From Octopus bimaculoides (lineage: Eukaryota): 64,000 bases of DNA. The first letter of the stretch is position 1. The number at the start of each line of letters is the position of its first letter. Below the pieces are notes generated by a model that worked only from the letters and a program-made list of their open reading frames with translations, was not told the origin of the DNA and made no database searches. This document shows positions 1-12,090 of this stretch, piece by piece. The DNA lies in NCBI RefSeq assembly GCF_001194135.2, contig NC_068983.1, positions 35,988,429 through 36,052,428 on the forward strand, read 5' to 3'. The position numbers were made by a program, and so were the translations under genes.

Positions 1-47
<47 letters not shown>

Positions 48-155
48 TATACATACATATGTACACACACACACAAACACACACACACGTATAGATATTT
101 ATGGAGATGTACTTGCATAGCAAGTGACTTGATCTGAGATCCTGTGCTGAAACAA

Positions 156-442
156 AAACAATTGCTGCATGGAAGGTGTTTATAAGCCATTTAAAAGTAC
201 ACAAAAGCCGTTAGATTCAGTTCACCATTTAAATTTAACTTGTCAAAATATTTTCGTTGCGTTGAAACCACGATCTGTTCACTGATAGAATTCCATGCTG
301 CACGGAATTTTGTCAGTGAACAGGTCACAGTTCCAAAGTGACGAAAATATTTTGGTAAATTAAATTTAAATGTTGAAGTGAATCTAACGGTTTTTGTGTG
401 TTTTTAAATGGCTTATAAACACCTTCCACACAGAAATTGTTT
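156..442. mobile_element. Fold-back element F1 (~140-bp imperfect inverted arms, 3-nt loop)
   Basis: aaacaatt..ggaaggtgtttataagccatttaaaa pairs with ttttaaatggcttataaacaccttcc..aattgttt; centre ttccatg-ctg-cacggaa. Confidence 0.85.
309..359 (+). ncRNA. Type I hammerhead-like ribozyme, G3-C8 core variant
   Basis: TTTGTCA / GTGAACA / G / GTCAC-agttccaaa-GTGAC / GAAA / ATAT-T-T / TGGTAAA: helix I 7 bp (two G.U), helix II 5 bp, palindromic AATATT helix III, UUU site. Confidence 0.55.
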
Positions 443-531
443 ATATATATATTTACATATATTTTAAATAAAATGAAACAACAAAGTCAAGGCAGTGTGA
501 AATTTCTAGGACATTTATAAAGAGAAAGGTA

Positions 532-578
532 GTCTTACAGTTGTTTCAGGGATATAAAAGATATCCCATCATCAGAGA
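532..578 (-). ncRNA. Type I hammerhead ribozyme, mirror copy in left arm of F2
   Basis: Reverse strand reads GTCT CTGATGA T GGGATAT ctttt ATATCCC T GAAA CAACTG TA AGAC; core intact, helix III palindrome broken by one change. Confidence 0.7.
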
Positions 579-638
579 CGATATGAGAGAGTTAACTAGG
601 GGGAAATAGTAGAGTTCCTTCTAGTTAACTCTCTCATC

Positions 639-685
639 GTCTCTGATGATGGGATATCTTTAATATCCTGAAACAGCTGTAAGAC
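639..685 (+). ncRNA. Type I minimal hammerhead ribozyme, canonical core
   Basis: GTCT / CTGATGA / T / GGGATAT-cttta-ATATCCT / GAAA / CAGCTG / TA / AGAC: all core nucleotides present, palindromic ACAGCTGT helix III, predicted GUA cleavage after 681. Confidence 0.8.
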
Positions 686-941
686 TACCTTTCTCTTTAT
701 ACATGTCCTAGAAATTTCACACTGCCTTGGCTTTGTTGTCTCATTTTATTTAAAATATACACACTCACACACCATCCACTTTACACTCCTCACTGATACT
801 ATTATCGAACCGGGAATCTAACAGTGGTCCTTCCATAGCACTGACATAGCCTTACCTGCCTTTTGGGTCTTCTGGATACCAAAGCCTCTCATATATTTAT
901 ACACACACACATATATATATAATAATACCTATATAATAATA

Positions 942-975
<34 letters not shown>

Positions 976-1163
976 TGGTTATAGCAGAACCTATTGAATT
1001 TTTGTTGCTTATCTTCAAATTTTTATTCACCAAATCTCTTGATTTTGTTTTTGGTTTTTATCCTACCAAATTCTGGTGCCTCAAACATTTTAAGTACCAC
1101 ATTTAATCTTTTGATTAAATCTATATTATTATATATAGATAGATAGATATTCATATACATACA

Positions 1164-1213
<50 letters not shown>

Positions 1214-2323
1214 TAGATATATGTATATGTGTAAAAGTATGTATCTAAGTATGTATATGTTTGTGTGTGCATGCTTGTACTTGTGTGTAAGCTTGTATGT
1301 GTGTGTTACTGTCTCTTTTCCTTAACATTATACACACACACACACACACACACATGCATGCATGTATGTGTGTATTTTTTACCTGTGTATTACTAAAGGA
1401 CATAAACACAGGTGAGAAAACATAAAACAATAAAAACCCAATACTCTAGCAACAAAGTCCCTTGAGATATATCAAGCTACTGACTCTCCATTGTCACTCT
1501 GCTAAAAACTCGTAACTAATGACGCCATTGCTCGCAAACTGTGTTATATAAAACAAAACCAAATGAGAGCTTACTCTTCCTTTAGATGTGACATTTGTCT
1601 ATCAAAGGTAGCTTCTGTCATAGAACAAATTTCATTTATCAGTCTAAAACCAACTCTCAGCAATCCTACAGTGCTGCTGCTTCTGCTTTTGCAGCAGTGA
1701 GTTCTACGATCAGTACTTCTCAGTAGATTGATATCTGGAATAGAGTTTGCAGTATTGTCTCTATGCACTGCTTGAGTATCATGATTTTCTCTTTTTCACA
1801 AAAAATAATTATGTCTAGTACAGTCAATGTATTATGATAGCAGTTGTTGTTGTTGTTGTTGTTGTTAATGTCATACGGAAATTATGACACTTGGAGCACA
1901 TGGAACTTACAGAAAAAAAAAAATTATATGGCATTTAACTACTTATTGATCTTACTATCATGAGTTGCTGTTTAGCTCCAGGTTAGTTTTGATTTCAGCA
2001 GACTTGATTTAAATGCATTCTTATCATGGCCATCCTTCTTTTAATCAGATTACATTGTTCAATATATCCTTTGTTTGTTTAAGATGGTAGGATTTTGGCT
2101 GCTATTTCTAGCAGATAAAGTGACAACATAGTTGATGTGTGTCTCTAATGTAACTCTGGTTTAGATAACAATTGCTTATCTTGATCTTCAGTGCTTGCAC
2201 TTTGCTGTTTTTGTGGTTACGTTTCTAGAGTTCAACCCATTTTCTGATGCAAGTGATTGTTCAGGCTCAATGAAGAGATGGCAGTCTTCTGACAAGAAGC
2301 TGCAATCAGTGTGTGTGTGTGAG

Positions 2324-2367
<44 letters not shown>

Positions 2368-3754
2368 CATCAATGTTTGTTTGTGTTTCTGTCTGTGTTT
2401 AAGTTTATGTTTACACCATTTAACAATTAGTGTTGTTTATTTTATGACTCTTTAAATCCAGTAACTTAGTAGTTCAACAAATAGAGACCTATAAAATAAG
2501 TATCAGACTGATATTAATACTAGAGTTAATATGATCTATTTTCAATACCAAACTTGCCTGAAACCCCACTTGGTTCTGTGATGCAAAATTCATATATTTA
2601 AATTATCTAAATTACAACCTTCCTTCAAAATTCCATGTTAATTGAGGTCCCTAACACTAGCACAATAATGACAATGTTATTTTACTAAATTCTTCATTAT
2701 TTCAAAATTCATTTGAAATACAGGCAGTAAATTCCAACAGAAATATGATAACATAAGAGCTAACCTTTTAACATTTAAAACAGCTAACCAAAATGAAAAC
2801 AGCCGTATCCAACCCAGATATTCTGCCTGTTTTACTTTCAAACTGGCCAGATCCAGCTTCTCACCCCTACCCTATAAAGTCATACTGAAAATAGAAACTC
2901 ACATCATTGAACTTCAAAGCTATAAAATATTGCATGATTAATTTAAAATAATGTGAATAAATATGCATTACATTTGATAGCGTAATCTGAATGTGAAAAG
3001 GTTAAAGACAGTGCAACAGCATGGCAGCAGTCCAACAACTGAAACTTGTAGAAGGATAAAAGAACCAAATTCAATTGAAGGAGTCTCTGAGAGAGCTAGT
3101 CTTTGACTGGGATAATGTTGCCAAAACTGTGGACAATCTTCAGTTAGTATAAATTACATTTATGATGTTTAATATGGACGTGTATTGATTTTTAGTGCAG
3201 ACATTTCAAGCTTCGATGCTCTTTTTAATAACCTGCTTCTATTTGTGACTAACATTTGATGAGTTACAGACCAAAAGCAAATAATCACCTCTAAACCATG
3301 TTCGTTGTTGTTAAACAACCCTAATTGAACACACTTTTGTTCAAAAGCATTCCAGCCATGGCCATCACATGTATTTTTCAGACAAAGTATCTTTAGGGGT
3401 ATTTTTGGCAATGTGTCCTTTTTTTAAGACAGAAGGTAGAAATATGAAAGAGATTTCACTGTTATGTTAGCAAGTCTACTGACCAGAGAGAAGCTCTTAG
3501 ATTGGTCTGTAACTGAACTGGGTGGGCTTTTGAAAATTATTTTTATTTATTTATTTATTTATTGTTCTATGACTGCTCATATCTGATAATCTATCATTTT
3601 ACTAATAGTTATTGCCAAGCCAACATGGCAGTCCAAAAAAATAGGACGAATGCTGCCATTGATTAGCTCCGAGAGGCCATCGCCTCTAGCTAGCTATGTG
3701 ACACACGAACCTGTGTCCATTATAACCTTCGAACAGGGGAGGTCAGCCGCTTCC

Positions 3755-3830
3755 CCTTGCTGGTCTGGCATCTACAGACTAGTTTCGGGGTATTGCCCCT
3801 TATCAATGTAGAGCAGCCGAACCCAGCAGG
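3755..3830 (-). ncRNA. Type I hammerhead ribozyme, U3-A8 variant with extended bulged stem I
   Basis: Reverse strand: CCTGCTGG-gttc-GGC-tgc-TCTACA / TTGATAA / GGGG-caata-CCCC / GAAA / CTAG / TC / TGTAGA-t-GCC-aga-CCAGCAAGG; GUC site, predicted cut between 3777 and 3776. Confidence 0.75.
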
Positions 3831-4632
3831 CATCGCCAATTACAGTTTTTGCCCCTGTTGAATGTTCTAGAACATTCCAAACAACCATGTTTAGCTCCCC
3901 CTTTGCTAGCATACAAGGTGTAACTGCTAAACTACACACTGGAGGGCATGAGAGACAACCTCGACTACTTAAGAGCGAATTCCAATTGAATCTCTCTCTC
4001 TATTCTCCAAGACGTGGCAAAGTCAACATTGGAGAGAGAGCCAAGCATAAAGCTTCAATGTTTTTGCCACCAGCAACTCACTCACGCACTGATACTAGTG
4101 TTTGTCATCACTTACTGCACCAGAGGTATAATACAGCCATTGAAATAATGATCCAATACAGTCATCAAATGATGATTATGATGGTTATGGAGGCTCCTGC
4201 TACTTTTGACAAAGCCCTGGGAAAGGTAACTCTTCTAGAAGAAAGATACCCAGGCATAAAACTTGCTGTCAAAATAGTACCGGCCATCTTTCAATGCTTG
4301 AACTAGAACCTGTTGTAGTGACTGAGAGAATGGCCGAAGTGTTGTAGATGCTTTTGTCACTGAAATCCAATGACATACAGATATCTCTCCATCTTTTCAT
4401 TTCTTGATCTGTTTTGTATTGTATAACATCATATGGCAATGGACATTCGCTCACATGCAAGGATGAAAGTAAATCCGAACAATCAGGTTGAATGTGAGAC
4501 AGCTATCATCTTACAAGATGAGGCAATCTATATATACATTTGTGTGTGTGTGTGTCTGTGTATGTTTGTGTGTGTATTTTTGTGTCTGTATGTATATAAA
4601 GTGTGCGTGTGTCATGAATGTGTTTATCATGA

Positions 4633-4671
<39 letters not shown>

Positions 4672-4866
4672 NNNNNNNNNNNNNNNNNNNNNNNNNNNNN
4701 NNNNNNNNNNNNNNNNNNNNNNNNNNNNNNNNNNNNNNNNNNNNNNNNNNNNNNNNNNNNNNNNNNNNNNNNNNNNNNNNNNNNNNNNNNNNNNNNNNNN
4801 NNNNNNNNNNNNNNNNNNNNNNNNNNNNNNNNNNNNNNNNNNNNNNNNNNNNNNNNNNNNNNNNNN
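4672..4866. other. Assembly gap (195 N)
   Basis: N run beginning at an (AT)n tract. Confidence 1.
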
Positions 4867-5183
4867 GAGATGATAATTGTCTTGGCAAGTAGAACGTTGA
4901 GATCAATGAAATCAACTACTTGTGCACACAAATATGTGTGTGTCACTATATATGTATATGTATATGCGTGTGTTTTATGTATGTGTGTGACAACTGGTAG
5001 ATCCAATCATTACTTATAATAGATTATTATTAGTTAGTCAGAGGCAGAGTCCTTCCCAAACTGATGCAGTTGATATACTTTTTAAAAATCTGTAGATAAT
5101 ATCTGCAGGAAACGAATAGTTGGGGATGGGATTCCAAAGGCTGCAGTTCTAGGAAGGTCTTGGGGCCATTTAGTACAAACTGC

Positions 5184-5405
5184 ACGTTGCCAGTGTCGCC
5201 TGACTGGCCTTCGTGCCGGTGGCACGTAAAAGCACCCACTACACACTCGGAGTGGTTGGCGTTAGGAAGGGCATCCAGCTGTAGAAATTCTGCCAAATCA
5301 GATTGGAGCCTGGTGCAGCCATCTGGTTTCACCAGTCCTCAGTCAAATCGTCCAACCCATGCTAGCATGGAAAGCGGACATTAAACGATGATGATGATGA
5401 TGATG
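5184..5405 (+). mobile_element. SINE family A ((GAT)n tail)
   Basis: gtggcacgtaaaagcacccactacac..ggaagggcatccagctgtagaaa..catggaaagcggacattaaacgatgatgat; dozens of copies in window. Confidence 0.9.
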
Positions 5406-5895
5406 CACTCTCGCAAACCTGTCTGCTCACCTCATCTAATCCACATCACATACATAAACACACACCTGTAACTTGAGAGCGTGCTCTGAAATATCCTCTT
5501 TACCATTTCTCTCTCTCTTCCCTTTCCTTTTCCAACAGGGGTAGCCATGGTATCTCCTCTACTGCAAGACACCTATTTCTGTACTCATATTCATGCCTTA
5601 ACTTCCCATCACCTGGTGCAAAACCACATCCCTCGATACTGCATCCCCTTCATTTGAGGGGGCTTGTCTTACAAGTTACTTGGTAACCTCTCTGGTTCTG
5701 GTGTGATGGAGAAAGCACTCAGTATGCCTTGAAATGGTTGGTGTTGGGAATGGCATCCAGCCAGAGAAACCCTGACAAAACAGACAGTTGTGCTTGATGC
5801 AATCTACTGACTTGCCTGCTCCTGTCAAACTGTCCAATCCATGTCAGCATGAAAGGAGGGCACTGAATGATAATGATGATGATGATAATAATATA

Positions 5896-6900
5896 CAGGG
5901 GTTGGACAATATAATAGAAACATCACTATTTAGATATTTTTTCTATTGGCAATATGAAAAACTCAAAATTGTTCTTAGTCTCTCTCTATATATGATTTTT
6001 TTTTAGATTCTTTATGTATTCTGTATATGCTTAGTACTTCATGATATAGCCCTCTATTTTTTTTTTTTTTTGGCAGATTTTTATATTTAAATAAGTTGAA
6101 CTACATGATCTGTTTGATTTCCAAAGAGAACAAATTGTTGGAGCGGAGCTTCATTCACTAAAACTGCTGAATTGTTTAATGTTTTGAAAGGTACAGTCAC
6201 TAAAATCATGTTGACATTCCAAAATCAAGGTAACACCAACTCTGGTAAGCATAATTCTTAATGGAAAACAAAGCTCGCAGTGAAGGGCTACATAATAATG
6301 AAATATATTGTGTTTAAAAACAACTGAACTACAGCAAAAGTGACAACAGAACTAAACCGCCACTTTACTAGTCTCGTGTCAACCAAAACTGTTTGACATG
6401 AGCTCCATAAAGCAAGGTACCATGCGAGGGCTACAATTGCTAAACCTTTCCTGTCCTCTATCAATATTGGTAAGTAGAAAAAATTATGTCAAGACTATTT
6501 CAATGGAACAATGTCATCCTCTCTGATGAATTATCACCCACTTTTTATCCCACATATGGGTGAGTTTATGCTGGGTGACAGCTCAAATATTTTGGTTTAT
6601 AAGATGGATCATGTCCATCCCATGGTACAAATATTGTTCCCTGATATTAGTGTAATTTTCTAGAACTTTAATGCACAAATTCACATGGTTAATTGTATTC
6701 AAAATTTGTAAGAATAAAAAAGTGAAGCAAACCACTTGTATTGGGTCTTACAATCACTGGATCTCAATATAATCACACATTTATGGTGCATTTTGGAACA
6801 GCAGGGAGAAGCTGCTTCCCATTGTTGAAAGAGCCAAAGTAGGGTTTATTTGAAGAATAGCTCAAAATTCCCTATTCAGAATCTGTATGAGTTAGTTTCT
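5896..6900 (+). mobile_element. Degenerate Tc1-like transposon
   Basis: TA + CAGGGGTTGGACAATATAATAGAAAC terminus; decayed transposase pieces (TAKVTTELN..STKTV.HELHKA.Y..RA.IAKP; WNNVILSDE; QSLDLNII.HLW); no right TIR seen. Confidence 0.8.
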
Positions 6901-7403
6901 TAACTTATTAAAACGGTGATTCGTATGGAGTCTTTTACAAACACACTCGAACTTCTGATCCACAAACATGCTGTTTCATCAAGACGTTTTTCTACTGATT
7001 CTTCCGTAGCTACTGTTCCTTGGTGCTAGCTAGTTTTGTGCCATCATTTAGGCCCACTCAACTCATCTGTTTTGTATTAACCCTATTGCGTTTACTCCTC
7101 TAAATTCTGCATTAACCTTTATATGCAACCCCGTTCTTCCAGAATAGTAGTACCCTTTGCGTTTCGATATTTTCCCCTTTTTATGCGACAGTCATCAACT
7201 TGCACTTGTTGAAAATAAACCTGACGGCTATGGGAGCAACACCTTCCTCCAGACTAATTCACGTTTACAAAATAAATAAATAACAGGAGGAAGAAAATCA
7301 AACAAAATTTGAGTTAAACTTTATTCTGAAAATCAACATTAGAATGTCTGGCAATTTACCATCAATAACGGGTAAATGTTTCCTGTAGAACGGCATATCA
7401 GTT

Positions 7404-7530
7404 GAGAGAGAGAGAGAGAGAAAGAGGGAAAGATAGAGAGAGGGAAAGATAGAGAGAGAGAAAGAGGGAAAGAGAGAGAGAGAGAGAGAGAAAGAAAGAG
7501 AGAGAGAAAGAAAGAGAGAGAGAGAGAGAT
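7404..7530. repeat. GA-rich simple repeat
   Basis: (GA)n with gaaagagggaaaga subunits. Confidence 0.9.
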
Positions 7531-8199
7531 CGCCAAGAATGTATTTATAAATGTATTAGAAATATAACAGCTACCACAGTAAATCAATATCACCTGTTCC
7601 CTCTAAGCCAGTGATTCACCAACGGTGCGCCGCAAGGGGTATCTAGGTGCACCGCGGATTTTAAAAAATATTAAGGTTTTAGAAAATCTATACTAATGCT
7701 TGAGTGTCTTGAAAAACGTTGTTCTCAGTTTTGTTATTCACAAATATGATTAATAAAACAAACTACGCAATAGTTTTTATCATATTTTTTTCTAAATTTT
7801 TAACTTTAAAGTATAGTTTATTTGTATTGTTTTTTTTTCTAATTGTGAAATGTGCCAATAATTTTTTTTATTTGATCTTCAATGTATCATGAAAAAAAAA
7901 AAAATTAAGCAACAGTACTATACGAAATGCGCTTGTGAGCGAACGCACACATTTTGCAGGTAGCGCATTAAGGAATTAAACGTGTGCACACTAGGTTAAT
8001 TACCTAAAACAATGTAGTAATTCATAATGATACACATTATACAGTCAATGTGCACATACTTTTGTCACAGTAGGTAGAAAAGTACATCATGAGAATTATG
8101 CGCGCACTGGCTGCTAAACATTAGAAGAAAAATTAAAACATGAGATGTTTCTAATTATTGTGAACACCAATTAACAGGAATAAATGTTTTAAAAAGTTT

Positions 8200-8778
8200 A
8201 ATGCTCTAAAAATTTTTTTGAACGAAAAAAATACAGAATACCGATAATTATTTATGAAAATAAATTAATATCGGAAAAAAGCGGCGCGGATTTCAAGTAA
8301 AGCTGTACGTGGTTATATTCCCTTATGAAACGAACTCTTTAAATATAAAGTTAGCTTTCCAATAACAACGTGTATGGCGGTTTCTTGACAAATTGAAATC
8401 AGTTGAAGACGAGTAGAAAACGTGTGTTTTATATTAAATGTAAGTCCTCGTGGTTGTAACATTTGCTACAACATAATATTTGTATTTTCAACGATTTCTT
8501 TTGTTATTTACTGAAAATAACCTGTCAGTCTGTACAGTTCGACCGACAATTTGTAATTAGCCGGGGGTCTTCGAATGCATGTGTATATTTATTTATTCGT
8601 TTTTCTGTTGAATTAATTTGTTCTTTAATTAAGTTATAACTCAATTTTAACTAAATGGAATTTGCTTTCTAACTTCGTATGGAGAGGGTACCACTGGTAG
8701 AATGCACTGATGTCTTGTGGGTTTATTATTTCAAGTTATAAGCGGCTCTTGTCCAGGCTGCCTTTCTTTTTGAAAGGT
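8200..8778 (+). promoter_or_regulatory. Putative NUP93 promoter and non-coding first exon
   Basis: The start-codon exon has a splice acceptor, so an upstream exon must exist; this is the nearest repeat-poor, CpG-retaining region and has a donor-like GAAAG|GTAACA at 8777. Confidence 0.35.
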
Positions 8779-8795
8779 AACATTCATATATAATG

Positions 8796-8834
<39 letters not shown>

Positions 8835-9629
8835 CATTCATACATATATATCAAAAAGAGATTAAAATAGAACATTAATATTAATCGAAATCTACTTAAC
8901 ACTCTAGTTATTCTGACAACATATAATCTTTTATCAACAATGTAGCATGCTTCTGGTCAAAGATTTTTTTTTGCATCCTTTCGAGTAGGAAGTAAAAAGT
9001 TTAAACTAAAAAGTCTTGCATAATCTTCAGGTGACCAGATATTTGAACTTTTAGTGATCAAGATGTTTCCAGTTTGGCCCTTCAGATTCTTATTTAGATG
9101 GGGGGGAAATCCCGACACATTGCATACAGGTTGTTCCTCCCATTTTCCATGCTTTAAAATGTTTTCTAAATGTAAAATCTGCGTGTGTAAGTTTTCAGTG
9201 ATTTGTATATGAATTGTTAATAAAAGAAAATATTGTAATAGTGGGATACCCTTGCTAAAGTTAATTTTGAAGTAGGTGTGACATTTATTTTTGAGTCAGT
9301 CGTAGATGTTCAGAAGCAGCTCACGAAACAGAAATACCTTGTTATTGTACAAACAAGCAAAATATATTTCTGTTTTTGACTGCTTAAGTTATAAATGAAA
9401 GAGCTATAAAGTGTTATTTAGGCATTAGCACCAATTTGCGACAAAAAGAAAACGTTTGTTTGGTCCTCAGCATCACTTGACAACTTGTATTGGTTTGTTT
9501 ACGTCCCTCTTAGTGGTTCGTTGAGAAAGTGACTAATAAAATAAACTTTGGGAGCAATCTGTTCAACTAAACCCTTCATGGTGGTACCCCAGTTGGGCCG
9601 TAGTCCAATGACTGAAACATGTACAAGGT

Positions 9630-9785
9630 ATATATTAAGCTGGATTGAGCTGGAGGAAGGAACTGTGTTTATGGCCTTCACAGATCTCCGATGTAAATTT
9701 GATGCAGTGATATTCCACTTGAAAAACTGCAGGAAAAACATGGGCCTGGAGGACCTAATTATCACTGACTTCAAAGTGTCAAACA
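9630..9785 (+). mobile_element. LINE reverse-transcriptase remnant
   Basis: VFMAFTDLRCKFDAV resembles the AFVDLEKAFDRV RT motif. Confidence 0.55.
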
Positions 9786-10441
9786 TTACCTATTACTTGT
9801 GAGTGAGAGTTCTCTTGGATTAAAGCAGTGATGTGTTACAATGATGCAGTTGGAAAAATTAGTAACAAATGTATTGTAGGAACATGTGACTTAGTTACTC
9901 TATTCTTGATATTTAATGAGTCTAAATTTTTAACTAGGTTCTCTGAATTTCTCTTTCTTCAATGAATTAAAGTATAATATATTGAAGAAATAAGTAACTA
10001 GGTGCAAGCATGGCTGTGTGGTTAAGAAGTTTGTTTCCTACCAAAGCTTTGTGAGTGGAATCGGTAGATGGAAACTAAAGAAGCTCATTATATATGCATG
10101 TGATTGTGTCTCCTTGTCTTAACATCATATGATAGTTGTATGACAAGCATCATCATATAAGTGGTCTCATTTGTTTCCAATCTTCCATGAAAAACATGTC
10201 TGACCATGGGGAAATATCTTGCTTGGAAACATGTAAGGATTGGCAACAGGAAGGGCTTTGACTGTAGAAATTCTACCTCAGAAAATCCCATCTGATCTAT
10301 ACAGGCATGGAAAAGTAGATGTGAAAACAATGATGATGATTCATTACAGAAATACCTGCTTTCAATTGTGATTTAAAATTATAAAAAATTTTCATGTTCT
10401 TTTTGCCTCCAGTTGAATTTGGTTGACACAAAAGATTCAAG

Positions 10442-10623
10442 ATGAATATTGACGGAGGAGGTTTTGGTGATCTGCTACAGCAGGCTGAACAAATGACTGC
10501 TGAGCTTGATATTGGGATGGACCTTCCCAGAGTAGAACGTAATCCACGCCAGATTCTTAAAGAATGTCAAACCCTCCTCTCACAAGTAGCTCCTGTAAAC
10601 AAGGAAACAATGAAAGTAAAAGC
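10442..10623 (+). CDS. NUP93: Nup93 coding exon 1 (exon starts 10413 with 29 nt of 5' UTR)
   Basis: MNIDGGGFGDLLQQAEQMTAELDIGMDLPRVERN matches the Nup93 N-terminus (GFGELLQQAEQL...LPHVERN); acceptor cctccag at 10412, donor GC|gtaagt. Confidence 0.96.
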
Positions 10624-11237
10624 GTAAGTAATCTAAACTTGTTATGATTCTTTTCACTTTTAACAGGTACAGGTGCCTCTGTTGTTCAGATGCTGAACTC
10701 CTAACCAGGTAATCAAGAGTTCAGTCAAACCATGTCCAAAACTACTGTGCTGAGCTGTGCCTCTAGGTAAAGTACTAAACTCTGCTTGTCTCAGTCTACT
10801 TGACTGCTAATAATTTTCATTTTTACATTACAGTTCAGTTGTTAGGAAGGATATCCATATGTAAAGAAAAATTGTTTTAACAAAATGAAAATATTTGAAT
10901 TTTGCCTGCCCAGACGTGACTGTGTGGTTACAAAATTCACTTCACAGCCACTGTCCGGGTTCAGTCCTATTGCATGGCACCTTGGGTAAGTGTCTTCTGT
11001 TATAATCTTGAGCTGGCTGGTGCCTTGAGAATGAAATTGGGAGCAGAATCTGAGAAAGCTTGTTTTATATATATATTTATATGTTAATATTGAACAATGA
11101 GAATGAGTACTCAATACTGCATTTGGTAGATGAAAATTCTTTATTCATGGATTAAGGCTATCATTGGTTTTATGTTGAGAAATCCCTTAACAATTATCAA
11201 GCTTATCACGTGGAACATTGGTGCACATCTCTATTTT

Positions 11238-11239
<2 letters not shown>

Positions 11240-11312
<73 letters not shown>
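11240..11312. repeat. (AT)n microsatellite, representative of many (AT)n, (CA)n and (GAT)n tracts
   Basis: Direct read; others at 1-90, 1166-1210, 2310-2362, 8799-8832, 34146-34190. Confidence 0.95.
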
Positions 11313-11316
<4 letters not shown>

Positions 11317-11869
11317 AAAAATGGATAAAGAATTATAGATGGCAGGACAGGAATAGTCATATATTTTATCCTGATTAGTATGTTGGAATTTAAGAATCTG
11401 ACTAGTCCAAGCACTAATTCTTTGCTTATACTAGTATCCTCTGACCCACTGTATAGGTATCTGTATATGTTCATGTTGTTTCCACATTTCATCAGTAAAG
11501 CCACTTGTGCAAAAACTATGATGTTTACATTCTTCATGAAACAAAAGTCCAGTACTTTCAGCAGCTTTGTTAGTTTCAGTGTGTCAGGACCAACAAAATG
11601 AAAATATGTCACTTGAAAAATGGGTTATGGTTGGTGGCAGGAGGAACGTATGGCCATAGAAAATCTGCTTCAACAAATTTCACTTAACCCATACCTGCAA
11701 GGAAAAACAGACAAAAAAAGAAACAATCTTGATGATAATGATGATGCATCATTCATGCTAGCATGCAGAAATAGTTAGAAAATTATTTTTTTTTTAAATA
11801 CTTCATGCATACAGGACAGTGAGAATCTAAACTGTAATGTATCATTTCATTCTTAATATGTTCTTGTAG

Positions 11870-12090
11870 ATTAAGGTGGCGAGCTGGCAGAAATGTTAGC
11901 ATGCCGGGCGAAATGCTTAGTGGTATTTTGTCTGTCTTTACGTTCTGAGTTCAAATTCTGCTGAGGTCGACTTTGTCTTTCATCCTTTCAGGGTCGATAA
12001 ATCAAGTACCAGTTGTGTACTGGGTCGATCTAATCGACTGGCCCCCTACCCCAAAAATTTGGGGCCTTGTGTCTAGAGTAGAAAATAATG
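11870..12090 (+). mobile_element. SINE family C (Nin-domain-like core)
   Basis: ggtggcgagctggcagaa..gttctgagttcaaattc..gtcgactttgtctttcatcctttcagggtcgataaatcaagtaccag; other copies ~25680-25900, 31380-31530 (-), 32420-32770, 48270-48400 (-), 49401-49609; Nin assignment from recall. Confidence 0.8.

Larger units (their letters stand above)
458..759. mobile_element. Fold-back element F2 (~140-bp near-perfect inverted arms)
   Basis: tatattttaaataaaatgaaacaacaaag...gagttaactag pairs with ctagttaactc...ctttgttgtctcattttatttaaaatata. Confidence 0.9.

Noticed and set aside
1023-4915. ORF-track proteins rich in CV, TH or YI repeats or X runs
   Set aside because: Translations of (CA)n, (AT)n microsatellites and N gaps
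7605-7920. hAT-like MITE starting CAGTGATTCACCAACGGTGCGCCGC
   Set aside because: The left end looks TIR-like, but no convincing right TIR or TSD was found
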